NCBI GenBank assembly: GCA_003971905.1
Contig: RSEE01000006.1
Location: 682,001-746,000, forward strand
Direction: 5' to 3'
Length of the DNA stretch: 64,000 bases
DNA from: Moniliella sp. 'wahieum'
Taxonomy: Eukaryota
The notes below the pieces were generated by a model, which was given only the letters and a program-made list of their open reading frames with translations, was not told where the DNA came from and ran no database searches. The position numbers were made by a program, and so were the translations under genes. Of the stretch, positions 11,940-23,800 are shown piece after piece (position 1 is the stretch's first letter; each line of letters begins with the position of its first letter).

Positions 11940-13500
11940 ATGGACGACGTTCAAAAGGAGCTTCTCTCTGGTCTGTTGTCTCCGCCATTACCAGCCTCAA
12001 TTTGTGTAACGGACCTCAATTCCGGCGAGCATGGAGCGGCCACCCTTGATTCGCTCCTAGCTGAGCTTTCGTCTCGCTCGGTCGCGCCCCGAGTGGTAAG
12101 CGTTTCACCTCGCAGCTTCCCTACAATTCCTTTGATGGCCTCTCGGGTCTTGCGTCAGATGGGTACGCATAAGGCTCATGACCCCCGCCTCGACCCTGCC
12201 CGTTTTGTGTCCCGTCTGGGCCCTCTTGTCCGGAAGAACGGCCCGGTCGTTATTCGAATTGACCAGGCCGAGCGCATTCCCGATTCCTGGCCGGGTGATT
12301 TCTTGGAGATTCTGCTCCGTCTCGATGAGTTGGTGTGTCCTACGCTTCCTCCTTTCTCTCTGTCCTGGCACTAACTACACCTAAACCAGTGCCAATGCGA
12401 GGGCAAACTGTGCGTGCTGTTCGTTTCCAGTGTCCCTTTCCCTCACTTACACACCCTCTCGGGGCGAGCTGCACTTCTGGCCCCAATAGAGATTATTATT
12501 CCGGCCAAAGGCGAGAGCAGGCGTTGGCGTACGTGATGGAATGGGCAGACCAGCTACTTGAAGCTGTGGGCCAACCTCCGACAGCGAGCAATCGCAAAAC
12601 CCTCTCTTCTGCTCTGGCCACTGCCGTCAGTGCGTTCTCCTCTGAAACCAACGATATCTCAGAACTTCGAACGTTGGTGTCAACCCTTTGGATTGCGGGT
12701 GCATGCAAGCTAGGCCAACCACCTACTGCGGAAAAGCTTTTGACACACAAGGAACTCTTTACCGAGGTCATGGCCCGCGTCGCGCCCCGGTTCATCACCC
12801 CTGACCAGTTTATTGCCTCCATCGCAGGCCTCAGTGAACCCCCATCCAAGAAGGTACCAGAAGGTAAGTTCGATCCCAGAATTGTAGACTGTTGTTTTTT
12901 TGGGGGCTGACTGGGACCTGTTCGCCGCAAAGTACCTGAACAAGATGAGTTTGGAGCCCGCCAACATTCGGTTTTGGCTGCCTTCGTACTTTGGCAGCAT
13001 ATGTGGCAGGTTTTAACCCTGTGAAGCATGACACGCGCTTTTTCGCCCAGCACGTAGGCGGCGTACAACGTGCCCCTCGCAAGGGGCAGGATGACGATGC
13101 CTTTGCTGAACAGCTGGGCCGACTCAGCTGGCTGGGCCCCTATGGTCCCGATCGAACGCTTACTCGCCGTTCTCGAGAGTCTACTGTCATCTGAGCAGCC
13201 TCCAGAATTATTGGCCCTCATTGCTACCAACCATCGCCCATCCGACCTTACCGCCGCGGGTCAGGCTGAGATTATTCCCTGGCGGGCCATCAGTCATCCG
13301 CCGCTCCCTTGGAGCAAATCTCAGCCCTGGTAGCTTCCGGACATCTGGTCCAGCTCAAGCCAGGGTTGGACAATCCCCATTACCGGGCCACGTTGTCGTG
13401 GGACGAAGTGCACGCCCTAGCGTCGCTTCACCATGTGGATATTCGAGAACGGCTGTGGAATTGGCATTGAATCCATGGCATTCTATGATACTGAAGGGTT
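11940..13500 (+). CDS. ORC5: Origin recognition complex subunit 5
   Basis: VIRIDQAERI...LLRLDEL (AAA-like region); C-terminal LAAYVAGFNPVKHDTRFF and GPMVPIERLLAVL match the ORC5 C-terminal motifs; probable introns ~12334-12389 and ~12864-12931. End approximate. Confidence 0.8.
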
Positions 13501-13569
13501 ATGCAACGAGAAAGAAAGGAGGCGTGCATTTTGGACCGTAGTCATAGGATTAGAGTGATACAGCGGCTT

Positions 13570-14856
13570 TCACAGACCCATGTCGATGTCCATATCGTAC
13601 AGGTCAGGCATGCCCGTTTCCGCGCCAGGACGCTCGGCTAGTTGGGCACGCTTGAGCTCCCACTGCTTGTGGGACTCAAGTACGGTTTGCAACGCATCTG
13701 CCAGCCCGTAAAGGTCAAGGAGTCGGCTCCAGCACGAAGCGAGTCGATGAGCAACGGAAGCCGCTCCGGGTCGGATGCCAGCGTTGAATCGTGCTGCAAG
13801 GCAAGTCAGTACGAGAAGGTGATGGCCGGGCTGGGAAGAAACGTACCTCACGGATGGCATTGAGCTCCTCTCCAAATTGATCAGCAACCGCGCGCATCCA
13901 AATATCAGCGAGCGTATCTTGCTCGGTAGAAAGTCGGCCGAAGTGGACTGTCCCAAGACAGCATCCCAGTTGGTCCGGCCATCCGTTTCGGTCGATGTCG
14001 GGAGGGATTCAGCTGCTTGCCTCTTGTCCTTAACCGATTGGTATTGCGCGGCCACACGAACCCTCGACTCCTCTGCCGGAGTCGGAAGAGGGGGCAATCC
14101 CAGTTTTTTCGGCACCAGCGCCGCAGCCATGGCTTCACCCCCCGTCGCAGCCCACACAGGGTCGGGAATCGCTTGGCCGAGAATCCGCTCTGCTCGCTTG
14201 CGCGACCGTTCTACACGTGCCGCGCGAGCGCGGGAAAAGTTAATTGTGCCATCCTCGCAGTGAGCCAGAGCATCAATCGCCTCATCTTCCGAATCTTCGT
14301 CGGACGGGAGAGGGGAAGGCGTGCAGCGCGTCATTTGAGCATCCCGCGCGTTCCGCTCCCGAATCTTGCGCTGTCGCTCTTGGCGTTTTTCTTCTCTGCG
14401 GTTCGGAAACTGGGGCTGCTCAGACGAATTGATCTCGGAGGGTCGGTGAGACCGAGAGGGCCGGTCGACCCCGGCCTGGGCCAAGGCGGTCTGTTGGTCA
14501 GGCAGGGGACCACGCCGGAGACCGGGCTTGGCGTGCGCAGCATCCGATGGCGAAGACGAGGAAGATGATGAAGAGGAAGAGGAAGAGGAAGAAGATGAGG
14601 AGGAGCTTGAACTATCCGAGTCTGAGTCAGATTCGCTAGACGATGTGTCGGACGAGGGGTTGTGGCCACCGAGGTGGGGAAGGGGTAATGGCTTGGGTGC
14701 TACATCAGAATCCGAGTCTGAGTCTGAGTCCGAGTCGGACGAAGACGAAGACGACGAAGACGAGCTGACAGCATTGGTGCGTGTGCGTGCTTTGCGTGTA
14801 CGTCTGCGCTTGGTCGCCCTTTGGGCGGGGGCGTTGGGATTCGTCGCGGCGGCCAT
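13570..14856 (-). CDS. RSA3: Ribosome assembly protein Rsa3-domain protein
   Basis: KRRRTRKART plus Ser/Asp-rich N-terminus; C-terminal ADQFGEELNAIRE [intron ~13799-13846] ...LLIDSLRAG, resembling the Rsa3 motif FGDDLDxLR...LLIxxL. Confidence 0.7.
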   Translation of the reverse strand: MAAATNPNAPAQRATKRRRTRKARTRTNAVSSSSSSSSSSDSDSDSDSDSDVAPKPLPLPHLGGHNPSSDTSSSESDSDSDSSSSSSSSSSSSSSSSSSSSSPSDAAHAKPGLRRGPLPDQQTALAQAGVDRPSRSHRPSEINSSEQPQFPNRREEKRQERQRKIRERNARDAQMTRCTPSPLPSDEDSEDEAIDALAHCEDGTINFSRARAARVERSRKRAERILGQAIPDPVWAATGGEAMAAALVPKKLGLPPLPTPAEESRVRVAAQYQSVKDKRQAAESLPTSTETDGRTNWDAVLGQSTSADFLPSKIRSLIFGCARLLINLERSSMPSVRYVSSQPGHHLLVLTCLAARFNAGIRPGAASVAHRLASCWSRLLDLYGLADALQTVLESHKQWELKRAQLAERPGAETGMPDLYDMDIDMGL

Positions 14857-15414
14857 GGCACGAAGAGTGTGGTGAGAGCGAGGAGCAACGAGCGGGCAGC
14901 ATCGACGAGGACCGAGCCAGAAAAAATTGGACGACAGGCGAAACGAGGAGCAATCGGTGCAAGCCCTGCGTGTGAAATATGAAACGCGACGTTGGAATAG
15001 ACCGCAGTAAGCAGGTGGACTAGGTGACTCAAACTGGTGGGATAACCCTACTCGTATGCAGGTGAATGGTGGCTTGCTCGCTGCTGGCGGCCCTGCGTGA
15101 TCCGCGTGACCACTAATCAGTCATCGATGTTCCCTGCAGGCCACCTCGACCACCCTTGGCAACGCACTCCCAACTCCCCCACCCACCCTCAGCTACGCGC
15201 CCCTTACTGGCGCTGATCCCGACGCACATCTTTCCTTCTCATCCCTCTGGGCTGTCTTTACCCGTTCTGGCGTTTTCATGGCTGCTACCGTTCCCCACGT
15301 CCTTGCTGCTCTTTTCTGTGCTCTTGGCTCGCCTGCCTCCATCTACCTCTCCATCCACTGACAGCGGCTTTTTCTCGTGCCACTACCCACACACTCAATT
15401 CGTTGCTGTTTCTC

Positions 15415-17431
15415 ATGGCCGTGGAAGTTGTTCAGACGGACGTCTCGGACGTCTCCAAGGCAATCGCGATCATCGGCGCCTTTGTCGTCTTCGTTGGTCC
15501 CATCTCCCTGATCATCAAGGAACGCCTGTATCTTAGCGAGCCCCTACTGGCCGTAACCTATGGGTGCGTGAAAACATTTGCCACCTCTTCTTTCTGGATA
15601 TGCGGCTGACACTATTCTTGTATGCAGTATCATCGTTGGACCCATTGTGCTCAAATGGGTTGATCCCTTCTCCTGGGGATCCGAAGAGTCAATTCACTAT
15701 CTCACTTACCAAATCATGCGAATCGCACTTGGCATCCAAGTTCTCTTCTGTGGTGTTTCGCTCCCAGCCAAGTATCTGGAGAGGAACTGGCTCAGCCTGG
15801 CAACATTGTTGCTGGGGGTTATGACAATCGCCTGGCTTATCTGCGGTCTGCTCATTTGGGGTCTCATCCCTGGTCTCACCTTCCTTGAGAGCCTATGCCT
15901 GGGCTCGGCTATTACACCTACCGACCCTGTGCTCTCCAATGGAATCGCCTCCTTTGCCGAGGAAGTACTTGGTAACATCATCATAGCCGAGGGAGGGGCT
16001 AATGATGGTCTCGGCTTCCCTTACCTCTATCTCCCAATCTACCTTATGCGCCGCCGGCCCGACGGCCCAGACGCCGGACTGTCAGTGGGCTCCGAGATTG
16101 GCCGGTGGATTTACTCCACGCTGATCTTCCAGATTCTTCTCTCGGTTGTCTATGGTTCGTTGTGGGCTTTGTCGCGCGTAAGGCACTCAAATGGGCCGAG
16201 CGGCGCAACTGGGTGGAAAAAAACAACTTCTTTGTATATCATTTGGTCTTTCATTCTTTTGTCTCGGTACCTGTGGTATGGTTGGATCCGACGACATCCT
16301 CTCCTGCTTTATCGCTGGTAACAGCTTTCTCACGATGACTGGTTTCGCCTCCGCACCCTCGAGAATGACACTCAAGAAATTCTCGATCTCCTTCTGAACC
16401 TCATTGTCTTTATCTACACGGGTGCCCTCATCCCATTTGATATGTACTCATCCGAGCACAGTCTTGAGCCATGGAGGGTCGTTGTCTTAGCAATTTGCGG
16501 TGTGTTCTTGGCGCTTGTTCTTCATTTTGTTCGGGATACCTTACTGACAAATTCTTTGCACTTTGATCGTTACAGTTCTGATCCTCCGGCGACTTCCCTG
16601 GGTTATTTTACTTGAACGTTGGATCCCAGCTATTGCCTCGTTCAAGGAAGCTGCCTTTTGTGGATGGTTTGGTCCTATTGGGGTGTCGGCCGTGTATATC
16701 GAGGTGGCTCTGCGTGAACTTCCTGAGAGTCGTACACGGCTGCGGGAGGTCTACTCGCCGGTGGTGCTTTTCATGGTGCTTGGTAGTGTCTTGATACACG
16801 GGATTACAATCCCGATGATCCAGTTTATCCCCAAGGTCCGTACGTTTACCCAAACTCGGTCTTTGACGCTCACGCGGCCGTCGCAAACCTACAATGCCAA
16901 CTCTACCACCACGAATGAGGGTGGTTCCAACGGGTTCGCGGACACGACCGCAGAGGGGACCTCAAAGTTGTTGTGGAACCCTGTGCATGAACTTTATTCG
17001 CCGCCATGCCTGTTGTATTGTTCTGGCGCCCCGACAGCTTTTGGCGGTACCCTCGCACAACCCCTACCTCGCATGGACCCATTAACAAAGCCGACATTAC
17101 CGCCCCCAGGGATGGACAACCAGCAGCGACGGTACCCGATCGCAGTGCGCTTTCCTTCCCTTCTACGTCCGCTCCCGACAAGCTCGCTGGGGATGGGAAG
17201 CATGAAGTGGGTACAGTTACCTTCCAGTTTGCTCAGGGAACCGGCTCGAACCTCTCAAAGCCAGGCCAGGTTACCCCGAAGGAGATGGACATTACTACTC
17301 GTCCTGCTACATTGGCAGAGGAAGAGTCAGACCCCGAATCTAATGGTGGTGACCATGATCACGATGAAGGAAGGGCTTCACCTTCATCCCGTGCCCGTCC
17401 CCCGCCACCGGCGCTGGAACTCCCTCAGTAA
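15415..17431 (+). CDS. NHA1: Plasma-membrane Na+(K+)/H+ antiporter, NHA1/CPA1 family
   Basis: IKERLYLSEPLLA, IQVLFCGVSLPAKYL, ITPTDPVLSN, AEGGANDGLGFPYL, GSDDILSCFIAGN, LRRLP, GWFGPIGVSA, SVLIHGITIP; introns ~15564-15627 and ~16499-16574. Confidence 0.9.
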
Positions 17432-18396
17432 CCGGTGACCTATCCTGCTTGCTTTTTTGTATCCGATTCTTCTCTCCCGTACAGTACTTTAGCTTCAACG
17501 GCTATACCCCACACACATCAGTGCGTGTTTTCTTCTTTTTGCAATTGCCTTTCAACAAGACTGCATCTTGGCCATTGAAATTCCATTATAAGTATCTTTA
17601 AATGCGTATATGGATCGGTCTTCAAGGAAGTGAACAAGAAGACCAGTACAAAAGAGTTCAGGGCGAATCATAACTGATCGATGCGAGTTATCAAATGTGC
17701 TTTAGTACGCGCTGTTGGGGGCGAAATCGTGGGCGAGGCAGTTGCTTAGACGCACGTTTACAATGTCGGCACGTGGTGTCTTTCACATCAGACTTCTTCG
17801 TGGCCTCCGCATCGCCATTCATCAGTCGTGTAGTTGTCAGCAGTCCCTCTCTTTTCAAGAAATGGTTTGGAAGAGTGTTGATGGTTTATGTCTTCAATCC
17901 TTTCTACTGAAGACCCGCAGCATTTTGGTGGCTGGACTCGGTCTCGAGAAAAGATGGTTCGAGCAAAACAACCCAAAATAACAAGGGAAGAATCGTTTGA
18001 AACGGTACATGAGTCACAGAGAAGGGGTACCATGAAAGCCTCCCTCCTGAGTGGTGGTGGCATTAGATTAAGGATGGAATGCGCTGCTGCTTAAAGTACT
18101 GGTGATAGACTTTCGTATAACTATGCGTTGGAAGGTGTAACATGTAATGGCATATCTTGAAAGAAACTTGTGTCCAATGCGTTCAACATTGAATGTTTAG
18201 TACGTCAGTACGTCAGTGTTGGTATGATCTTCCGAGCCCAGGGCACTGGCCTGCTGCCTCGCAGTTGATTTATTGCGCCGATACTACCTTTCCAACCCTA
18301 CTACGCCATAGCTTCGCGACCACCATTGCTCTATCCAATGCTCGTGACGCCCAAGGCGTGATCCTTCATAGCTAGCTGCTTCACCCGTTCGTCACC

Positions 18397-18850
18397 ATGT
18401 CTGCTAACGCCGCTACGCTCGCGACCCTCATTCTCGCAGACGAGCACGTTGAGATCTCTGTACGTTATGGTACACTCTTTTCCATTCGATGTGTCCCACT
18501 CCCCGTTCGGACTCGTGCCGGTCCGCGGGAACGTGGGACTCAGAAATTGTGTGAGTACGATCCAGGCAACTGACCATTCCATATCTTCACCAGGCGGAGA
18601 AGATTACCACCCTTACCAAGGCTGCCAAGGTCGAGGTTGAGCCTGTGTGGGCCACTCTCCTTGCCAAGGCGCTTGAGGGCAAGGACGTGAAGGAGCTCTT
18701 GGCTGGTATTGGCGCTGTGGGCGCTGCCCTGCCGGTGCCGCCGCTGCTCCCGCTGCCGGCGGAGCTGCTGAGGCCGCCGCGCCTGCCGAGGAGAAGGAGG
18801 AGGAGGAAGAGGAGTCTGATGACGACATGGGCTTCGGTCTGTTTGACTAA
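18397..18850 (+). CDS. RPP1: 60S acidic ribosomal protein P1
   Basis: [21 protein letters not shown] [intron 18460-18593, GTACGT...CTGAC...CAG] [36 protein letters not shown]...[19 protein letters not shown]; one missing C in a C-run near 18727. Confidence 0.95.
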
Positions 18851-19552
18851 GCATCTTGCGTCTGTGGTTATGTGCCTTCCTCGAACCCCTTTGGGAGGCA
18901 ACTCAACCCCTGTTTGGCCGGTCGGTATTGGCACAGGTTAACTGCACCCCTCATTGTCCCTGTCCTTGCTTTTCCACGCTTTGCACGCAAAGCGGGCCAA
19001 CTAGTACTTCCCGTCGGGGGTTGGTCCTCGAGGGTGCTGGCAGCATCTGTACACCTACGGCGGGACGCGGGCATGTGTATTTTGTCCTGCCCACCGGCGA
19101 CCCTTGTGTCGCTGTGGCCAAAACAGTATGCCTCCACATGTTATATCCCGACGGGCGGCCCTAGTTAAGGCTGAGTCTGCTGCTTCCATAGCGTTTTTCT
19201 GCATGTGATAGAACGCCATAGCCAACCTTGTTTTCAAGCGTATATGGACAGTTCGTAAGAGTCATTTCACTGGCCTTCCTATGGCGATCGTTCGTCTCGT
19301 TCGTGTCAATCAAGGCCCCCTTTTTACAGGAACAGTCTGAAGTGCGGTGCCGTTAACACATGTCATGATGCATGTCGTGTTGTTCCGGGTCGTTCAGATC
19401 AATGTTGGCTAGGTTAAAAGTGGGAGTGTTGGGCCTCATACCACATCAGAAGAGACCGAGTTTCGACTGCTCACATTCTTTAAGGTCCGAGGGTCCTGAG
19501 CCTCTTCAGCGTCCGGCTCAATTCGTGTGTGCGAGAAGGGACAACTTGACCG

Positions 19553-20098
19553 TTACTGCAAGTGGTGGTCAGGTTTCGAGGCTGGCAAATTGGCAAATTG
19601 ACTCCTGTTGAAGGCCTGGCTCGTGACATTGAGATCAATATGAGGCGCATTGTGCCCGATAAATTGCAGGAGGATGGGGTAGCCGGCAAAAGCATGAGTA
19701 AGGCGAGGAGTAAAACTGTCAGTACAATGAGGTTGCAAACCCCATGTACGTCGGTCCCATGACACCTGGCACCATCTGTGTAGATGGCGTCGTCTTCTTC
19801 GTCGGTGTTCGTCGGAACAAAAACTTTTTCTTCGGGGAGTGAGCGGTCTTGTCCTAGTGGCGGATAGACGGATTGCAGCCCTACAGGGTGCGGGGGTGGT
19901 GCATCATGCTCGCCCGTGGGTTGGCAAGAGAAATGGATGCGAGGGGAGGCAAAGTCCTATGCTTTCCTTTGGATAAAGCGGGTGGGCTTCCGGCCAAAGA
20001 GGCGGGTGGAGAGTCATAGGACTTCTCACCGGGGGGCTGGAAGGGGCGGCGTGTGGATAGGGAGGGGAGTGATGGGGCACAGAGGCGTACGGCAGCAT
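19553..20098 (-). CDS. Small membrane protein resembling the N-terminal anchor of KRE6/SKN1 glucan-synthesis proteins
   Basis: Manual minus-strand translation: EEDDAIYTDG...HGVCNLIVLTVLLLALLML(F)AGYPILLQF...stop at 19553. Needs one T restored in a T-run near 19690. Start uncertain. Confidence 0.5.
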
Positions 20099-20818
20099 TC
20101 TTGACAAAGGCCACGGTTAGTGGGGGTGCAGTCGGAACCGAGTGGGTGGAAGAGATTGGTGGGCGGGAGCGGGAGCCAGTTATGTCGCTATCAATGGTAT
20201 ATCATAGAGAGGTCTTGCTCACACATATATAGGGCGGGGTGCAAAAAAGGCAGGACAGGAGGCGTGGGGCGTGATGCATGAGGCTGAGATCGCTGAGAGA
20301 AGACCATGTGTCGATTAAGTGGACGCGGATCAAGGGCAGCAAGGCTACCCTTCGGACAAGCAACAACAAAGACTCGTATCCGTCGATAATCGATGATCGA
20401 TATCGGGATCGATTATGGGTAGTGCACATTGAATAATTGAGACACCGGAGTTGCATGGACGTAGTACGTAGAATCGCTCCCCTTCGGTGTGGCCATCCAC
20501 TCCAAAGCCGCAGCGCCCATCAGTACTTAGTATCTTCCAGTGCCCCGCCGCAATCAATATCCAGTGTCCACGCCATCAAGCACGTTGCCAATCACACATC
20601 GTCGGCGGCGCTATTCTATCTGTCGCCCCCCTATCATACGATCAGCCCTTGACGAAAAGCCCCACTGCTGAAGCAGTTTAATGTGGAAGCATCGCCATCT
20701 CGCTGTTCCTTCTCCTTTCCTATGCAGGCTTCTATTCAGACTATACAGAACACCTCTTTGCGAGATGCAGAACTCATTGGAGACATAGGGAGCAAGAAGC
20801 GAAGCGGGGTCGGGTGGA

Positions 20819-23800
20819 TTAGAACCACGCACGAACACGAGCCTGAACGTCACGCAAGATCCGTCCGCTGGCGGGTGCGATCTCTGTCGCGCCCGAGAGC
20901 AGGAGCGAGTCAATCGCCTCATCAACCCGGGCGGCAGGAGCGTGCCCAAGGGGCGAGAGAGCCGTCCTTCACCTGAGGCGGCTTGCTCGACCCACGAGGA
21001 GAGGAAGGCGGCCGTGCTGTAAGAAGGTGCTGCCTGGCGCTCGTTTCGTCCCACGGAGGAGGGCGGGCCACAATGAGTCCCGAGAGAAGGTCGAGCACCG
21101 CCTCTGGGTCCGCGCCGGACGAGACGAGCACATGCTCTGCCCACCCTGCAGGAGGAGGAGAGGCTGCAGACCATACGCGTATGCCTCCAACGGCGGGAGG
21201 ATGAGGTCGAGGGGCAAGGTGCTGTCGGGCTCCGTCATAGCCGAAACGAGTTGGGATACCTTGTTCCCCACGTGCTCCCATGGTGCTTGATTGAGTCCAT
21301 GAGCCTCCTCATCCGCCTGTGCAAGGAGCTGGGTCCACGCCCCCGCCTCCCTCACGGGATCATGAAACTGAGCAACGTGCATAATGAGGATCATCATGCC
21401 CCACAACTGTAGTGGCTCAGCGTACCCCTTGTACATCTGCGAGACATTGAGCAAGCTGGCATCCAACTCGGCCAATGCTACTTGCAGTTCCTCGGGGGTG
21501 AGGTCGCTTTCCTGCACCGCCTCCACCAGACGAGCTTGCAACTTGGCCACATCCAGCCGCTCTTGGATCGTGGTCCAGCTGTGCATCCTTGCCACCGAGG
21601 CGGATTTGGCAATCGAGCTGGCCAAGCTGAGGTACTGGATCCGCGCGTTGAGCACCAGGTCCAGCTCATCACTCTCAGCAAGAGCAAGCAAGACCCGGGC
21701 CGCAGCCGAAGGGTGGTTTTGCCGCACATGCAACGTCCAGAGAGCTCTAAGCGGTTTAGGTCGGTCGACGAACGGCCGAGCCAAGCAACCAGGCGTGGGG
21801 TGGGCGCCGGCAAGGAGAGCAACTGTTCCGACCGCTCCTGCGCTAAAAGCCAGGCAAACACTCGTTCCTGCATCAACCCATCCTGAGATGCCCAGACAAG
21901 GCTGTAAGCTTGTTCACGCGCCATGGTGGCCATGTCAATGTTCGTCTGCTGCTTCAGCCCCTGTTGATTCAGCGCAGTATTCACCGCCTCATCGAACGCC
22001 TGCAGCGAGGAGATGACAAGGTTGTAAATCCCCTGGCGCTGTCGGTAGGCTGCCGAGCCTTCTCCTCCTCCTCTGCCCCCTCCTCCGCCGGAACAGCAAG
22101 GCCCATCGCCATGCGGGGAACAAGCACTCGGGCAAAATATGCGCTCGCTGTGTCATGCGGATCCCCAGCATGGGCTGCTGCGAGAGGGAGTAAGATCGCG
22201 CCAGGGGCGAAGAGGAGCGAGGCAAAGTCATTTGTGACCGACGTCAACTTATCCATCCCAACGCACCCGCGACCGAGCCAGCAAATCGTACGCCTCTTGC
22301 ACCAGGACTGGGTTGGCCCCTTGAGGGCCTTGAGCCTTGGCGCGCTTCAACCCATCAAGCGCGCGGTACAGACGCACATCACTAGGAGAACACAGGGTCG
22401 GACAACGCGTTTGGAGCGAATGGGCAACCTGATCCACGCCCAATCCTGCGGCCAACGAACGGTCAACCAGAGCCTCGACCAATGCCCGGGCCGCCGGTTC
22501 CCCCTCGCGACTGACAACCATATCGCTCCACGTGAGTTTGGCGAGACGAGTGTGCTCCAGCACCGTCTTGGGTACAGCGGCGAGGATACTGTCCACACCT
22601 CCGGGGGCGTCAGCCAAAAGAAGGAAACGAAACCGCCTCGCTGGTGCGCGTAAGCAAAGAATGGAGCGAAGCGGACGAAACCTTCTCCTTGGCATGCGCC
22701 CGCGCCTCCTTCGGACGTCGGAGTCGCGTTGATCTGGAGATGATGAGCATGACGTTGAAGGAGAACGGTAAGCTCCTGCAGGTCCCTCTGGGCGCGGTCC
22801 AGCACCGATCGGGTACTCCAAGCTGCCAACGGGCTTCTCGGTACTGCTCTGCTTAGCGGGAGGCGGGGCGTTAAAGAGTTTGGCCCCCCAAAAAGGCCGA
22901 ACCAGGCGGGACAAGTACAGCGCTAGCCCATCGTGCCGCGCAGAGAAGTGAACTTTGTCAGAGTTCCTCACCGCCGTGGCGGCAGCAGCCGAGAGCGGGG
23001 GGTACTCGGGCCTCTCCATCCGCGCTACCCCACCCCACTCAAAGTAGATTCGTAGAGCCGCATGAGCCACATCGGGTGATACCAGCGGTGCCGCCGGTTC
23101 TCCTCCAGGGCCGGGCGGGAGGGAAAGGGTCGAGTGCCGTGCAGCAATTGCAAGCGCCATGGCACAGCATTGCACACCTCCATAGGTCTTGAAAAAGTCA
23201 ACGAGAGCTGGATCATAGACCTGGTGCTGGGACAAGAGCGAGCGCAGCGTATCGATTGGTCGCTCCTCTCCAAGGACAGTGAGCCCAGTGGCGGGAGATG
23301 AAGGAAAGTGCGCGCTGGACGGAGGAGCTGCAAGGCCAAGGGGTGCACAAACAATCCGTTTTCCCTCACCGCACCAACCGAGGGCGTGGTGGGCATTTCC
23401 TCCAAGGCCCAGGTGGTGCCAGGGACAATCACATCAGTTGCAATCTCTGCCACCTCGTCGCGGGCGCCCAGCACACCACTGTACCCCTCGTTTGAAGAGG
23501 GTTGCGTGGGCCGGGTGGCGCCAAACACAACGTCATGTCCGGGGAGTTCAGGGTTGGCCAGTGGCGCGGCAGCGAGGAAAAGACCATCGGAGAGCAAGGC
23601 ATGGGAGGTGCCGATTAAGCCAGGGTGAGCAACAGGATAATCCGCCGACACTGGGGTAGGTGGAGGCGCCTCCCCTGCAAGCTTCGAGGGAAGCGTGGAG
23701 CCTTGACCCTTTATCGGTGCCGAGCGGACACAGAGCAGGTCGAGGGTCGTCGGTCCGGGATAAGTAGTGGATGTATTGGAGTTAAGGTAGTTGGCGCGAG

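Noticed and set aside
14555..14765. GAGGAA and TCTGAG/TCCGAG simple repeats
   Set aside because: Ordinary Ser/Asp low-complexity coding tract of the Rsa3-like protein.
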